Source: Candidatus Nanohaloarchaea archaeon
GTDB taxonomy: Archaea; Nanohalarchaeota; Nanosalinia; Nanosalinales; Nanosalinaceae
Reading direction: 5' to 3'
DNA length: 45,069 bases
NCBI GenBank assembly: GCA_042217585.1
Contig: JBDGSJ010000014.1
Span: 1-45,069 of the forward strand
Below, piece after piece: positions 17,855 through 27,277 of this stretch. The notes beneath the pieces were generated by a model. The model did not search any database and was not told the origin of the DNA. It was given only the letters and a program-made list of their open reading frames with translations. The translations under genes were made by a program, and so were the position numbers. Position 1 is the first letter of the stretch. Each line of letters opens with the position of its first letter.

Positions 17855-19982
17855 TCTCCTTCATCGCCTCCAGTGACTTCACCACGACAGGACGGTTCTC
17901 CCCGGATTTCTCCGCCTCTATGAAGCGGTCGAAGTCCGGGTCCTCCATGTTGTTCAGTCTACGCTTTATGTCGGTCATGTTCTTATCCCCGATGTTATCA
18001 AGGAACTCCTCAATACTTTCTTCTCCCTCTTCTCCTTTATTATCTTTCTCCGCCTCCTCTTCCGATCCCTCCCCCTCATCAGGACCTTCATCTTCCGATC
18101 CTCCATCATCGCTTTCCTCCTCGGATTCCTCTTCCTCATCTTCGTCCTGGACTTCCCCCTCATCTTCATCATCTTCCTCATCTTCTTTCTTCTCCTCTTC
18201 CTCCTGAGAGCCTTCTTCCTCGTCTTCGTCATCCGTCTCCTCATCCTCTTCCTTATCCTCATCTTCCTGAGGCTGCCCCTTCTCTTCTTCCTGAGATCCC
18301 TCACCTTCAGCGTCCTCCTGCTCATCCTGTCCAGAACCGTCTTCAGCCTGTTCTTCCTCATCTTCCTTCTCTTCCTCGTCGACCCTGGATTCGAGGAACC
18401 GCTTGAGGGTCTTGCGGTCCTTACCGTCCTTCTCCTCCTCAAGAAGCTCGCTGAAGTCAGGGGATTCCATATCTCCTATCTCTTTCTTGGCATCCTTGAC
18501 CGTCAGTTCTGACAGGTCCGGTTCGGGTCCTTCATCTTCCGACCCGGTCTGGTCGCCGGTTTCCCCGGCCTCATCCTCGTCTTCGGTCTCCGTGGTTTCA
18601 CCTTCCTCTGCATCCCCGGTTTCACCCGGTTCCTCCCCGGTCTCATCTTCAGCTCCCTCATCTGTCTCTTCCTCTTCCGAATCCCCGGAGGTATCTCCCG
18701 AACTCACCACGAGCCCGGAGTCGTCGGAAGACCCCTCGATATCGAGGTCCTCGGTTTCGTCCTCTTCCCGGTCTTCCTCCTCTTCTTCTTCATCCATGTC
18801 CTGCTGTTCAGAGGAGCTCACTATCAGCCCGGAGCTTTCATCCCCGGAGTCCTCATCCTCTTCATCCTCTCCTGCCTGCGTTTCTTCTTCATCCTCTTTT
18901 TCACCTTCAGGTTCTTCTTTACTTCCCTCATCCCGGTCTTCTTCCTCTTCGGGTTCTTCTCCGGTTTCCTCCTCTTCTTCCTGCTGGTCCTCTTCCCGAT
19001 CTTCCTCTTCGAGTTCCTCTTCCGATGTATCCTCTTTTTCCTCCGACTCCTGCTCTCTTTCCGCTTCATCTTCGGCCTCTTCACTGTCTTCCTCATCTTT
19101 TCCAGGTCCTTCCCCGGTCTGGTCCCCGGTTTCCTCCTCCGGCGGCTGTTCCGTCCGTCCGGTGATACTTGCGGTTTCTTCGCTGACGTTCTCCGGGTGT
19201 CCCTCTATCACCGCCGGCTGCTCCCGGACCTCCTCTTCCTCCTCGGTGGACTCATCCACGTCAGGGACCTCGTAGGTTACCTCTTCCTCCTTCTCGTCGA
19301 GGAAAGGCACCGCGGACCGCACCCTGGACTCTATCTTCTCCTTTATGCCGTCTGGCTCTGATTCAAGGTAGACTTCAGCCTTCGCGAGGTGGGCCTCGAG
19401 CTTCTGGATAGCCTTTACCTTTTTCCGGACCTCCTGGCGCTCCTCCTCGAGATCCATGCTTGATTCGTACTCCTCGACCTCTTCCAGAGTGTCCTCGACG
19501 TCTTCAAGTATCTTTATGTCCTGCTCCGAGATCTGGTCCCTGCTCCTCAGTTTCCTCTCTATCTCCTCCTCCAGCTCTTCCAGCGTCTCGACCTGGTCTC
19601 TTACCTCCTCTTCAAGTTCTCTCTGGTGTCTTATCTCCTCGGCTATCCTCTCAAGCTTGTCTTTTGCCTCCTCCAGGTCCTGACTTCCTCCCCCTGTATC
19701 TCCCTCTTTCCTGTGCGCCAGCTGGCCCTGAAGCTGTTTCTTCCGTCTTTCAGCCTCTTTCTTGTTCTCCTCGGTGTACCTCAGTTTCAGACCGGTCATC
19801 GTGTATTCCTTCTCCAGAAGGTCCTTCTCCTCAAGCGCGTCAGCCCACCTCTTGACCCTCTCCTGTGAAACGCCGAGGTCCCTGGATATCGCACGGACCG
19901 ATACCTCTCCGTGCTCCGCGAGGTAGTTGAGAAGTGCATCTACACCTGTTTCTATGACTAGGTCGTGCCAGTTCTCCTTCAT
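17847..19982 (-). CDS. Very acidic 711-aa protein: N-terminal winged HTH, coiled coil, D/E-rich linker, two copies of a roughly 45-aa helical module
   Basis: IETGVDALL...ISRDLGVSQERVKRWADALEE wHTH. Repeated module DLSELTVKDAKKEI...EEKDGKDRKTL and NIGDKNMTDIKRRL...AEKSGENRPVV. Stop overlaps the ATPase start. Confidence 0.85.
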   Translation of the reverse strand: MKENWHDLVIETGVDALLNYLAEHGEVSVRAISRDLGVSQERVKRWADALEEKDLLEKEYTMTGLKLRYTEENKKEAERRKKQLQGQLAHRKEGDTGGGSQDLEEAKDKLERIAEEIRHQRELEEEVRDQVETLEELEEEIERKLRSRDQISEQDIKILEDVEDTLEEVEEYESSMDLEEERQEVRKKVKAIQKLEAHLAKAEVYLESEPDGIKEKIESRVRSAVPFLDEKEEEVTYEVPDVDESTEEEEEVREQPAVIEGHPENVSEETASITGRTEQPPEEETGDQTGEGPGKDEEDSEEAEDEAEREQESEEKEDTSEEELEEEDREEDQQEEEEETGEEPEEEEDRDEGSKEEPEGEKEDEEETQAGEDEEDEDSGDESSGLIVSSSEQQDMDEEEEEEDREEDETEDLDIEGSSDDSGLVVSSGDTSGDSEEEETDEGAEDETGEEPGETGDAEEGETTETEDEDEAGETGDQTGSEDEGPEPDLSELTVKDAKKEIGDMESPDFSELLEEEKDGKDRKTLKRFLESRVDEEEKEDEEEQAEDGSGQDEQEDAEGEGSQEEEKGQPQEDEDKEEDEETDDEDEEEGSQEEEEKKEDEEDDEDEGEVQDEDEEEESEEESDDGGSEDEGPDEGEGSEEEAEKDNKGEEGEESIEEFLDNIGDKNMTDIKRRLNNMEDPDFDRFIEAEKSGENRPVVVKSLEAMKENA

Positions 19983-20021
19983 GAAGGAACAGTACAGTTT
20001 TAATTTCGGCGGATTTTAAAG
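19983..20021. promoter_or_regulatory. 39-bp divergent promoter region shared by the acidic-protein/ATPase operon and the prepilin peptidase
   Basis: TTTTAAT (plus strand) and TTTAAAA (minus strand), each about 25-35 nt from the opposing starts. Confidence 0.55.
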
Positions 20022-20834
20022 ATGGTTATGTACCTTATTTTATCGCATGCGCTCGCCTTTGCCTCTCTTTTCGTCGCCTCACTTTTTGATCTGGATACCA
20101 CTGATGTTCCGGACCTCTTCTCAGCCATAGGGATAGCTGGCGGGATACTGATCCATGGATACCATTCATGGCTGATAAACTCCTGGGAACCACTGATGTG
20201 GTCTCTCGGAGTCGGAGCAGTCTTCTCTGCCTACGGATGGTTCGCGTACTACCAGGGGATGTGGGGAGGCGCCGATGCGCTTGCGATAGGCGTTCTGGGG
20301 TTCGCAGCACCCTACACTGGCAATCCTTCCGTCTTCGATCCCGTGAACCTGTTCGTCAACGTCATGCTGATAGGATTCCTTCACACTTTCGCCTACTCCG
20401 TTTACAGGTCCTGGGGATCCAATGTGCTGGAGCTGACGCGTGAGAGGATAGGAGATGAGAAAAAAAGGATGGTGCTGGAGGCAGGTCTCACAACCGGTTT
20501 CATCCTGATGCTGGCGAGGAGCGGACTGAACTGGATACCGTACGCAGCGATATTCTACAGCTTTATAGTCCTCTACAGGTTTTTCAAGGTGGTCCAGAAC
20601 GACCTGATGTACGAGACGGTTCCTGTGGAGGAGCTGGAGGGAGGAGAGGTCGCGGCCCCGGGACAGGGATTCGGCGACAGGATAGTGGGTCTTGAACAGG
20701 AGGATATAGAGGAGTACGACGGAGATGAGATCGATATAAGGATGGGGGTGCCGTTCATGCCGGTTTTCCCTGCGGCCCTGCTCGTCACTGATCTGTTCGG
20801 AGCGGGCATGTTCCTGATCTACTCTCTCCTGTAG
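20022..20834 (+). CDS. Prepilin/prearchaellin peptidase (A24 family)
   Basis: SLFDLDTTDVPD (first Asp), WGGAD (GxGD-type Asp), multiple TMs, C-terminal GVPFMP. Confidence 0.93.
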   Translation: MVMYLILSHALAFASLFVASLFDLDTTDVPDLFSAIGIAGGILIHGYHSWLINSWEPLMWSLGVGAVFSAYGWFAYYQGMWGGADALAIGVLGFAAPYTGNPSVFDPVNLFVNVMLIGFLHTFAYSVYRSWGSNVLELTRERIGDEKKRMVLEAGLTTGFILMLARSGLNWIPYAAIFYSFIVLYRFFKVVQNDLMYETVPVEELEGGEVAAPGQGFGDRIVGLEQEDIEEYDGDEIDIRMGVPFMPVFPAALLVTDLFGAGMFLIYSLL

Positions 20835-21328
20835 TACCTGAACCAGTAGAACCACACCACGAGGACCACTGCAGTAAGCCCCCATTTCCAGAGGAGGCCG
20901 TGGATTATATCCCAGGATATGATGTCCATGTGGCTGAGGTATATGGTCGTCACGACACGTACGACGTTCGCCACCGCTATGACGCCGAGTCCTCCGGCGA
21001 GGGCCTTCAGGTGAGCCCTAAGGTCCTCCGATGAGGCGAACATAAGCCCTATGTAAGCCATCATGGACTTCCATCCGAGACAGTCCTGTGTTATGACGTA
21101 GTCGACACTGGTGCTGATGATGTAGGTTCCACGGGTGACGAAGTCGAAACCTAAGAGGTCAAGTATCTGGTTTATCAGGACCGCGAACCCGGCCTGGAGC
21201 GAGGACGTGTCGGGGTATATCCAGAGTATCACCTGGAATACCAGTCCCACCGCCAGGAACTTGGTCATGAACACCAGGGTATCGAACAGTTTCCTCTCCC
21301 TCTCCGAGAGTTCGGACCTCTCAATCAT
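20819..21328 (-). CDS. Exosortase/archaeosortase family protein
   Basis: Multi-TM protein with ITQDCLG (Cys), NVVR (Arg) and WDIIHG (His) triad. Confidence 0.88.
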   Translation of the reverse strand: MIERSELSERERKLFDTLVFMTKFLAVGLVFQVILWIYPDTSSLQAGFAVLINQILDLLGFDFVTRGTYIISTSVDYVITQDCLGWKSMMAYIGLMFASSEDLRAHLKALAGGLGVIAVANVVRVVTTIYLSHMDIISWDIIHGLLWKWGLTAVVLVVWFYWFRYYRRE

Positions 21329-22332
21329 CTCGACTCCCTGTAGTCCTCTATCACTTTTTCGAAGCTTTTAGGTCCCGGCAGCTCGTCGACCACCATGTAC
21401 TCCTTGAGCTCTATGCCTTCCAGTTCATCCACTGTGTATATGTTGACTCCTCTGGACTCGAGCTCGTCCTTTATCTCCTCTGAACGCGTTACCGCCTTTT
21501 CAGGCAGTTCCTCGGTGCCGTAGCCCACTATACTGAGAAGTTCTCCGCCCTCCGCCAGCTTTCTCACCGCTTTCCTGTACTGGCTCTCCCTGACGCGGGA
21601 GCTCTCCAGTTCATCCTCCAGATCCTCTATCTTCTCCTCCAGATCATTGATACGGCCCTCTCTCTTGCTTATTTCGTGGTCCTTTATCATCTCATCCTTT
21701 TTTCCCTGTTTCACGTCTGTAAGCTTCTTCCTCAGTTCTTTCTTCTCCTTGCGGACCTCTCCCAGCTCTGATTTGAGTCTTTCGACCTGTTCCTCCAGGT
21801 TCTCTATCTTCCTCTCCATCCTCTGCTTCTCGGGGTCCGGCTCGTCAGGTTCGGGTCCTTCCTCCCTGGCTTCTACATCTTCGGAATCGTCCTCTTTTTC
21901 CTCCGGGAAAGGACCATCCGAGAAGTACTCTTCGGCTATCCGTGCGCGGCCTCTCTCCATCCTGTCCGAGTATTTCTCTATCTTGTCTATCTCCTGCTGT
22001 AGGTTGCGGTAGGCGTTCAAAGCCGACGCTGAGGCGTCTTTCTCGTGAGAGTTCTCCCCCTCCCCGAGCTTCCTTTTCCTGGACTGGCTGAGGTCCTCCC
22101 CGGGCACGTACTCGTGCGCTCCCAGCGATCGGGCTATCTTCTCGACCTTGGAGGGCATCTTTTCCCGGTCCGAGGTCACGACCACGGGCTTGCCCTCGTC
22201 TATGACGGTCCTTATCATCTCGCTGGGCGGAAAGTTCTTCCCGCTTTCAAGAAGTACGAGTTCGCCCTCGAGGTCGACTGCGGCTACTGCTGACGTGCTT
22301 CCCGGGTCCACTCCGACTATCAGGGCCTTCAC
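21325..22332 (-). CDS. DUF460 domain protein (RNase H-like N-terminus plus coiled coil)
   Basis: IVGVDPGSTSAVAAVDLEG, GKPVVVTSD, NSHEKDASASA, C-terminal IEDYRESR. Confidence 0.92.
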   Translation of the reverse strand: MKALIVGVDPGSTSAVAAVDLEGELVLLESGKNFPPSEMIRTVIDEGKPVVVTSDREKMPSKVEKIARSLGAHEYVPGEDLSQSRKRKLGEGENSHEKDASASALNAYRNLQQEIDKIEKYSDRMERGRARIAEEYFSDGPFPEEKEDDSEDVEAREEGPEPDEPDPEKQRMERKIENLEEQVERLKSELGEVRKEKKELRKKLTDVKQGKKDEMIKDHEISKREGRINDLEEKIEDLEDELESSRVRESQYRKAVRKLAEGGELLSIVGYGTEELPEKAVTRSEEIKDELESRGVNIYTVDELEGIELKEYMVVDELPGPKSFEKVIEDYRESR

Positions 22333-22356
22333 ATCAAGGACCTCTTCCTCGAGGTT

Positions 22357-24528
22357 TTAGTATTCCCGTGTAAGAAGCGACCTTATCTCGGAGGCTTTTT
22401 TCTCCCCCAGTCCCCTGACCTCCTTCAGTTCTGTCTCCGAGGCGGTGAAGACGTTTTCCGGGCTCCCGAACTCCTCCAGAAGCCTCTCCGCTATCTTGGT
22501 GTTGACGCCGGGGAGTCCCGCGACTATGAACTCCTGTAGCTCCTTCTCGGTGTTAGGTGATTTCTCTCCGCGGACCGCGACCTCCTTGTCGCGTTCCAGC
22601 TGTTCCCTCTTCGCCATCGATTTCAGGATCTCGGCGGTGTCCTTCTCACCGTCGGTCCACACCGTCGGTATGTCGTGGTCGAGGGTTATGGAGGCGAGAG
22701 CCCCTCTTATCGAGTTGGGGTGGATGTCGCGGTGGGAGTAGAGGTCTTCCCCCTCTATCAGTATGACCTTGTTCCGGAACTGGTGGAGCTCCTGGACCTG
22801 CGAGAAAAGCCTGTCGTCGACTATCGAGTCGACGAAGTCCTCTGCTTCTTTTCTCTCGACCGCGGTGTCCTCCGCGACCAGGAAGTCCGCGACCTCGAGC
22901 CTCTTCTTGCGGACCGTCACGTCGGACCTTGACAGCTTCTTGGCGACGGCGTTCTCCCTGTCGTCGGCGATCACCACCAGTTCGTCCTCCTCGAACTCGT
23001 CCTGCCGTTCCTCGGCGGATTCCTCTTCTTCGAAGCCTTCCAGTGTTCGCTGGTCCTTCTCCTCCTGCACGTCTTTCAGTTCTTCCAGCACTTTATTCAT
23101 GTTTTTCTTCTGGTGGTGGGCGGACCAGTAGTATCCCTCGTCCCGGGTGTCCTCCGCCATCAGGACGTAGACCTTTCCGGATTCCTGTCTGCCGGTCCTT
23201 CCCGCTCTCTGGATGTCCCTTATACCGCTGGGGACCGGCTCGTAGAATATCACGTAGTCGACCGCGGGTATGTCCAGTCCCTCCTCTCCGACGGATGTCG
23301 AAACGAGCACGTCGTGTTCGCCCGCCTCGAACTCCTCGAGAAGCTCTATCTGCTGTTTCTGGGTGAGGCCCTCGTCCCCTCTCTGCCCTATGAACTTGAC
23401 CGCGTCGTGACCAGAACTGTTCAGCTCCTCCTTTATCTTCTCGGCTGAGGCCCTGTACTCGGTGAAGACCAGCGCTTTCTCGCCTTCCTCCTTGTCCTCC
23501 AGTATCTGGACCAGCTCCTCCAGCTTGGGGTGCTCCTGGTCCTTCTTCCTCATGTAGGTTATGAGCTCCTTCGCTTTCCCGACCTCCTCCGACTGGAGCG
23601 CCCTTGCGGCGGCCTTGGAGTTATCCCTCTTCAGCCCTTCCAGGTACTCGTAGGCCTGTGATACCCCCTGTGTCTCAAGCAGCTCGATGGCCTGGGAGAT
23701 CTTCAGCGCGGTCGCGACGTGTGAAATGGCAGAGTAGAGCTTCGGGTCGTCGGTCGAGGAAAGCTTGGAGCTTATCTCTCCCCTCAGCTTCAGGAGCTGT
23801 TTCTTCCTCACGTTCCCGATCGAGTCTATCTGTCCGAGCGACTTGAGCTCCTTCAGCTGTTCCCTCTTCGCGTCCTCAAGTTTCTTCTTGGCGGTCCTGA
23901 ACCTGTTGTCCAGCGACACCTTCTTCCAGTTTATCTCCTTCTCCTGTATGTAAGGCTCCACATCGGGATCCTCCTCGGTCCGGACCTCGAAGTTCTCTAT
24001 CCCGAGGTTCTCCGCGACCTCCATTATCTGGTCCTTCCCTCCCCCGGGAGATGCGGTCAGCGCCAGTCGCTGACACCTCATCTTCTCCGATATGAAGACG
24101 TAGCTGTACTCGCCGGTGGCGCGGTGTGCCTCGTCGAAGATCACCAGTGAGAAATCCTCGACAGGGACCTCGTTCGCTATCAGGTCGTTCTCGACTACCT
24201 GAGGTGTCGCGAAGAAGACGTCGCGGTCCTTCCAGAGCCGGTAGCGCTCATCGGGGGGTGTGTCCCCGGTCATCACCTTCATCGCCGATTCCTCGACGTG
24301 AAGCAGTTCCTTGAAGGTCTTGAGGTGCTGTTCGACGAGAGGCCTCGTGGGTGCGAGGAAGAGGACCTTTCCATCCTCGAGCTTCTCCGAGGCGATCATC
24401 GCCGCTATCACGGTCTTTCCCAGCCCCGTGGGGAGGACCACCATCGTGTCGGAGTCCATTGCGGAGGCGGCGATCACCTCCTGGTAGGCCCTTGATTCCA
24501 GTTCTTCGGTTTTCAGCAGTTCTGTCAT
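22357..24528 (-). CDS. hef: Hef helicase/nuclease (FANCM/ERCC4 family)
   Basis: LPTGLGKT, DEAH, LTASPG, EEGLDIP, QRAGRTGR, ERCC4 ERKxxxD motif, C-terminal HhH pair. Confidence 0.96.
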   Translation of the reverse strand: MTELLKTEELESRAYQEVIAASAMDSDTMVVLPTGLGKTVIAAMIASEKLEDGKVLFLAPTRPLVEQHLKTFKELLHVEESAMKVMTGDTPPDERYRLWKDRDVFFATPQVVENDLIANEVPVEDFSLVIFDEAHRATGEYSYVFISEKMRCQRLALTASPGGGKDQIMEVAENLGIENFEVRTEEDPDVEPYIQEKEINWKKVSLDNRFRTAKKKLEDAKREQLKELKSLGQIDSIGNVRKKQLLKLRGEISSKLSSTDDPKLYSAISHVATALKISQAIELLETQGVSQAYEYLEGLKRDNSKAAARALQSEEVGKAKELITYMRKKDQEHPKLEELVQILEDKEEGEKALVFTEYRASAEKIKEELNSSGHDAVKFIGQRGDEGLTQKQQIELLEEFEAGEHDVLVSTSVGEEGLDIPAVDYVIFYEPVPSGIRDIQRAGRTGRQESGKVYVLMAEDTRDEGYYWSAHHQKKNMNKVLEELKDVQEEKDQRTLEGFEEEESAEERQDEFEEDELVVIADDRENAVAKKLSRSDVTVRKKRLEVADFLVAEDTAVERKEAEDFVDSIVDDRLFSQVQELHQFRNKVILIEGEDLYSHRDIHPNSIRGALASITLDHDIPTVWTDGEKDTAEILKSMAKREQLERDKEVAVRGEKSPNTEKELQEFIVAGLPGVNTKIAERLLEEFGSPENVFTASETELKEVRGLGEKKASEIRSLLTREY

Positions 24529-24567
24529 GGACTGAAATTTGGTGGGAAGTTTGATAACCGTTCCCGG

Positions 24568-25077
24568 TCATACCGCGAGATCTCTCGGCATCTCGAACCA
24601 TCTTACCACGTGGAGGAGGGCCGCCGATCCGAAGAAGAATATCCCTGCGCCCTCAAGAGTGGTCCTGTTGACTTCCATACCGGTCTTCGCCATCACCACG
24701 ATTATATAGGCAAGCAGATAGATCAGCCCGTACGAGGAGACCCGGAAAGCTATCCATTCCGGCCAGACGTGGAAGAAGTCCATTATGGCGACGAAGCTTC
24801 CGGATACCAGCAGGAAGGCCGCGCCGTACAGATGGGCGTCCGAACTCCCTGAGCCGTTCATGAGAAGAGTGGCACCTGTCGCGATCCATATCATGGAGTT
24901 CGCCAGGGCAGTGTTCCACCCGAGGCTCTCCCTGGTGTACTTGCCGAAGTAGAGCTCGAGGACCACGGCCCCTATTATGAGAGGTATCAGAGAGGGAAGG
25001 ATCTCCGGGTTCCTGACCGGAGCCATGACGAACGTCTCGACCGTTCCCCGGACCGTGTAATCCTTGAGCAGTACCAT
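24568..25077 (-). CDS. Hypothetical membrane protein with about 5 TMs
   Basis: Hydrophobic segments and an ELYFGKY...LGWNTA motif. Lies 6 nt downstream of the HerA-like gene. Confidence 0.8.
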   Translation of the reverse strand: MVLLKDYTVRGTVETFVMAPVRNPEILPSLIPLIIGAVVLELYFGKYTRESLGWNTALANSMIWIATGATLLMNGSGSSDAHLYGAAFLLVSGSFVAIMDFFHVWPEWIAFRVSSYGLIYLLAYIIVVMAKTGMEVNRTTLEGAGIFFFGSAALLHVVRWFEMPRDLAV

Positions 25078-25083
25078 CTCGGA

Positions 25084-26331
25084 TCAGTCTTCGAAGGCGT
25101 CTGGTGTTCCACCGGCGTGCCAGGACCGTCTCGGCCTTACCTGGACCGGGTAGACCCTTTCGGAGTTGTCGTCAAGTATGAGGGCTGTCCCGGGGCGGTC
25201 CGGCAGGGAGTCTATGTAGTGCTTCAGGTCGTACCTCATGTAGGTCTGCATTATCCCGCCGAGAGCCTCTATGTCCTGTCTCGCGGTAAGCCTGTGTGAG
25301 AGAAGTATGTCGCACTGTGAGAGGGCGTTCGGGTGGAGCTTGGCGGGCTGCTGGGTGGCCATGACGAGCGATACCCCTGGCTCACGACCCACCTTGACCC
25401 ACCTGAGAAGCGTCTCGGAGGCGGCGGTCTCGCCCTTGTCCGGGACGAACTCGTGGGCCTCGTCGATGAACATCCAGACTATCGGCATCTCGTTCTCCGC
25501 GAGGCCCTCCATCTCGTCTATCTCCTCCATCCTGCGCGCGGCCATCCTCTCCCTCAGTATCTTCTTGCCGAGAAGCCCGACCACGAGCGCGCGGACCTCC
25601 TTGTCGAACTCCGAGACATCGACCACCGACATCTCCCCTCTCTGCTTGAACTTGTCCAGAGATGATTCGTCGCCGAAAACACCCCATTCCTCGGCCGCCC
25701 TGAAACGGTTCTCGAGCGCGCGGACCGTGGACTCGTCGGCGTCGAACTTCTTCAGACCCTTCTCTATGTGGTCCAGGGTGTACTGCTCGCCGAACTCCTC
25801 CCTGAGCTTGGATATAACCCTCTCCAGCAGTATCCCCATCTTCGAGTTCATCTCTATGTCAAAGACCATCGCCCAGTCCTCCGAGGTCAGTTCGCCGGGG
25901 TTTATGGTGAAGGTGTCGTCGTATGGCATCTCCTTATCGTCGAACTCCCTTGTCTTTCCCTCGGGTATGTAGACCTGGGCGTCGAACGCCTTCGGGTTGA
26001 GGTCCCATTCCTCAAGCATCCCTGCCGCCCTCTCGTTCGGACGTTTCATGGACCAGTAGATCCCCATCGAGTCGATCATGATCGTGGAGAGGTTGTCCTC
26101 TATATCCGTGTTCTGGATCTCCTCCGCGAGGACTCCCATCGTATATGATTTACCTGTCCCTCTTTTGCCGAAGACCCCGACCACGTGCGGTTTGGCAATG
26201 TCGAAGTAGACCGGGTTCGCCATGTGGGCCTCCTCGTTCTCACCCACTATATGCCTGCCGATCACTCCTGTTCCCTCGAGACCGTGTTCCTCACGGTCCT
26301 CCTCGGTCCTTCCCACGCTTATCTTCGGCAT
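25084..26331 (-). CDS. HerA/FtsK-superfamily ATPase (DUF87)
   Basis: HVVGVFGKRGTGKS Walker A, IMIDSMG, MFIDEAH Walker B, GREPGVSLVMATQQP. Likely ATG at 26331, about 24 nt after TTTTATAT. Confidence 0.92.
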   Translation of the reverse strand: MPKISVGRTEEDREEHGLEGTGVIGRHIVGENEEAHMANPVYFDIAKPHVVGVFGKRGTGKSYTMGVLAEEIQNTDIEDNLSTIMIDSMGIYWSMKRPNERAAGMLEEWDLNPKAFDAQVYIPEGKTREFDDKEMPYDDTFTINPGELTSEDWAMVFDIEMNSKMGILLERVISKLREEFGEQYTLDHIEKGLKKFDADESTVRALENRFRAAEEWGVFGDESSLDKFKQRGEMSVVDVSEFDKEVRALVVGLLGKKILRERMAARRMEEIDEMEGLAENEMPIVWMFIDEAHEFVPDKGETAASETLLRWVKVGREPGVSLVMATQQPAKLHPNALSQCDILLSHRLTARQDIEALGGIMQTYMRYDLKHYIDSLPDRPGTALILDDNSERVYPVQVRPRRSWHAGGTPDAFED

Positions 26332-26352
26332 AGGGACATTTTGACGCACGTT

Positions 26353-26389
26353 GAATATAAAATCCGTTCCCCGAGCAAGGATTTATAAA
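26353..26389. promoter_or_regulatory. Divergent TATA boxes
   Basis: TTTTATATTC on the minus strand (26353-26362) and TTTATAAA on the plus strand (26382-26389), each about 25 nt from a start codon. Confidence 0.6.
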
Positions 26390-26413
26390 CCTCTTTGAAC
26401 CAAGAGTGACAAC

Positions 26414-26611
26414 ATGCCAGAAGGCCCCGAGGAAGAGGAGCTGGACCCTGAGGAGCAGAGGGAAAAGATCCAGAAGGAAGCGGAAGAGATAAGGCAGGGC
26501 GAGGACGATTTCGAGGACGACCTCCCGGAAAAAGAGCCGGGAACGAAGGGAGGTCCTTCGCTGAGAGACGAGAAGGATAGCGACGACCCTGTCGAGGATA
26601 TGCTCCGCTGA
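26414..26611 (+). CDS. Small acidic hypothetical protein
   Basis: 65 aa, typical acidic composition, TATA box at the expected distance. Confidence 0.7.
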   Translation: MPEGPEEEELDPEEQREKIQKEAEEIRQGEDDFEDDLPEKEPGTKGGPSLRDEKDSDDPVEDMLR

Positions 26612-26632
26612 CACATGTCCCTTACATCTTTT

Positions 26633-27241
26633 TTACAGGCTGAACCCGAGAGCCACGAGAGATAGGCCTGTGAGGACCAGCCACGTGAAGCCGCTCCACC
26701 GCATTATGTATGCGCCGTCCAGAGCCCCTGTCGGTATCTCCGAGTAGTCGAACGGCATCATCTGGAAGACCGCGAAGGATGCGTACATGAAGCTCAGCCT
26801 CGGGTCAAGCGTTCCCGCCGCGAGCGACCCGGCTATCAGCGCCAGAACTCCTGTTCCGCGGAGCCAGAACTCCCTCTTGGCCCAGACCGCGTCCACGTCC
26901 TTCGCCCAGTGCTCGTACTTCTCGATCCTGAACGAGGACTCCAGCGGGAAGAGCAGGATCAGCGGGATGTTCGTGAGTATGGAGAGGATCGCCCCGACAA
27001 TTGTAAGGGCGGAGCCCTGTACCGAGACCTGGAGGTCCGCGTACGCGTCCATCCACTGGGCGACCAGCCGGACCGCCAGCTCCCTCGTGGCGACCACTAC
27101 TGCGGATAGACCGAGGACCACCGCTATGGGCTCCACGGAGTAGGTCCTGAAGTATGTGGCGTAGGCCGAACCCGTTACCAGAGATATGAGAAGGAAGTCC
27201 TGGATGTCCTGCCGGTCCGGTATCAGCGGGTCAGCCATCAT
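26633..27241 (-). CDS. Site-2 protease (M50)-like membrane protein lacking HExxH
   Basis: TRELAVRLVA at the HELxH position and FQMMP...ALDG at the NxxPxxxLDG position. Confidence 0.7.
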   Translation of the reverse strand: MMADPLIPDRQDIQDFLLISLVTGSAYATYFRTYSVEPIAVVLGLSAVVVATRELAVRLVAQWMDAYADLQVSVQGSALTIVGAILSILTNIPLILLFPLESSFRIEKYEHWAKDVDAVWAKREFWLRGTGVLALIAGSLAAGTLDPRLSFMYASFAVFQMMPFDYSEIPTGALDGAYIMRWSGFTWLVLTGLSLVALGFSL

Positions 27242-27277
27242 CAACAGTTTAGTTCTCTGGAGGTTAAAAACCGTGGT

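Noticed and set aside
16493..17923. 476-aa plus-strand ORF (likewise 37101-38513, 36003-36917, 4291-5154, 18403-19275 and many shorter ones)
   Set aside because: Antisense shadows of well-supported genes, caused by high GC and codon bias. No motifs and atypical composition.
17980..19300. TCC/TCT-rich repetitive DNA as a possible repeat array or CRISPR
   Set aside because: It encodes the Glu/Asp-rich linker. There is no fixed repeat-spacer periodicity and no cas gene.
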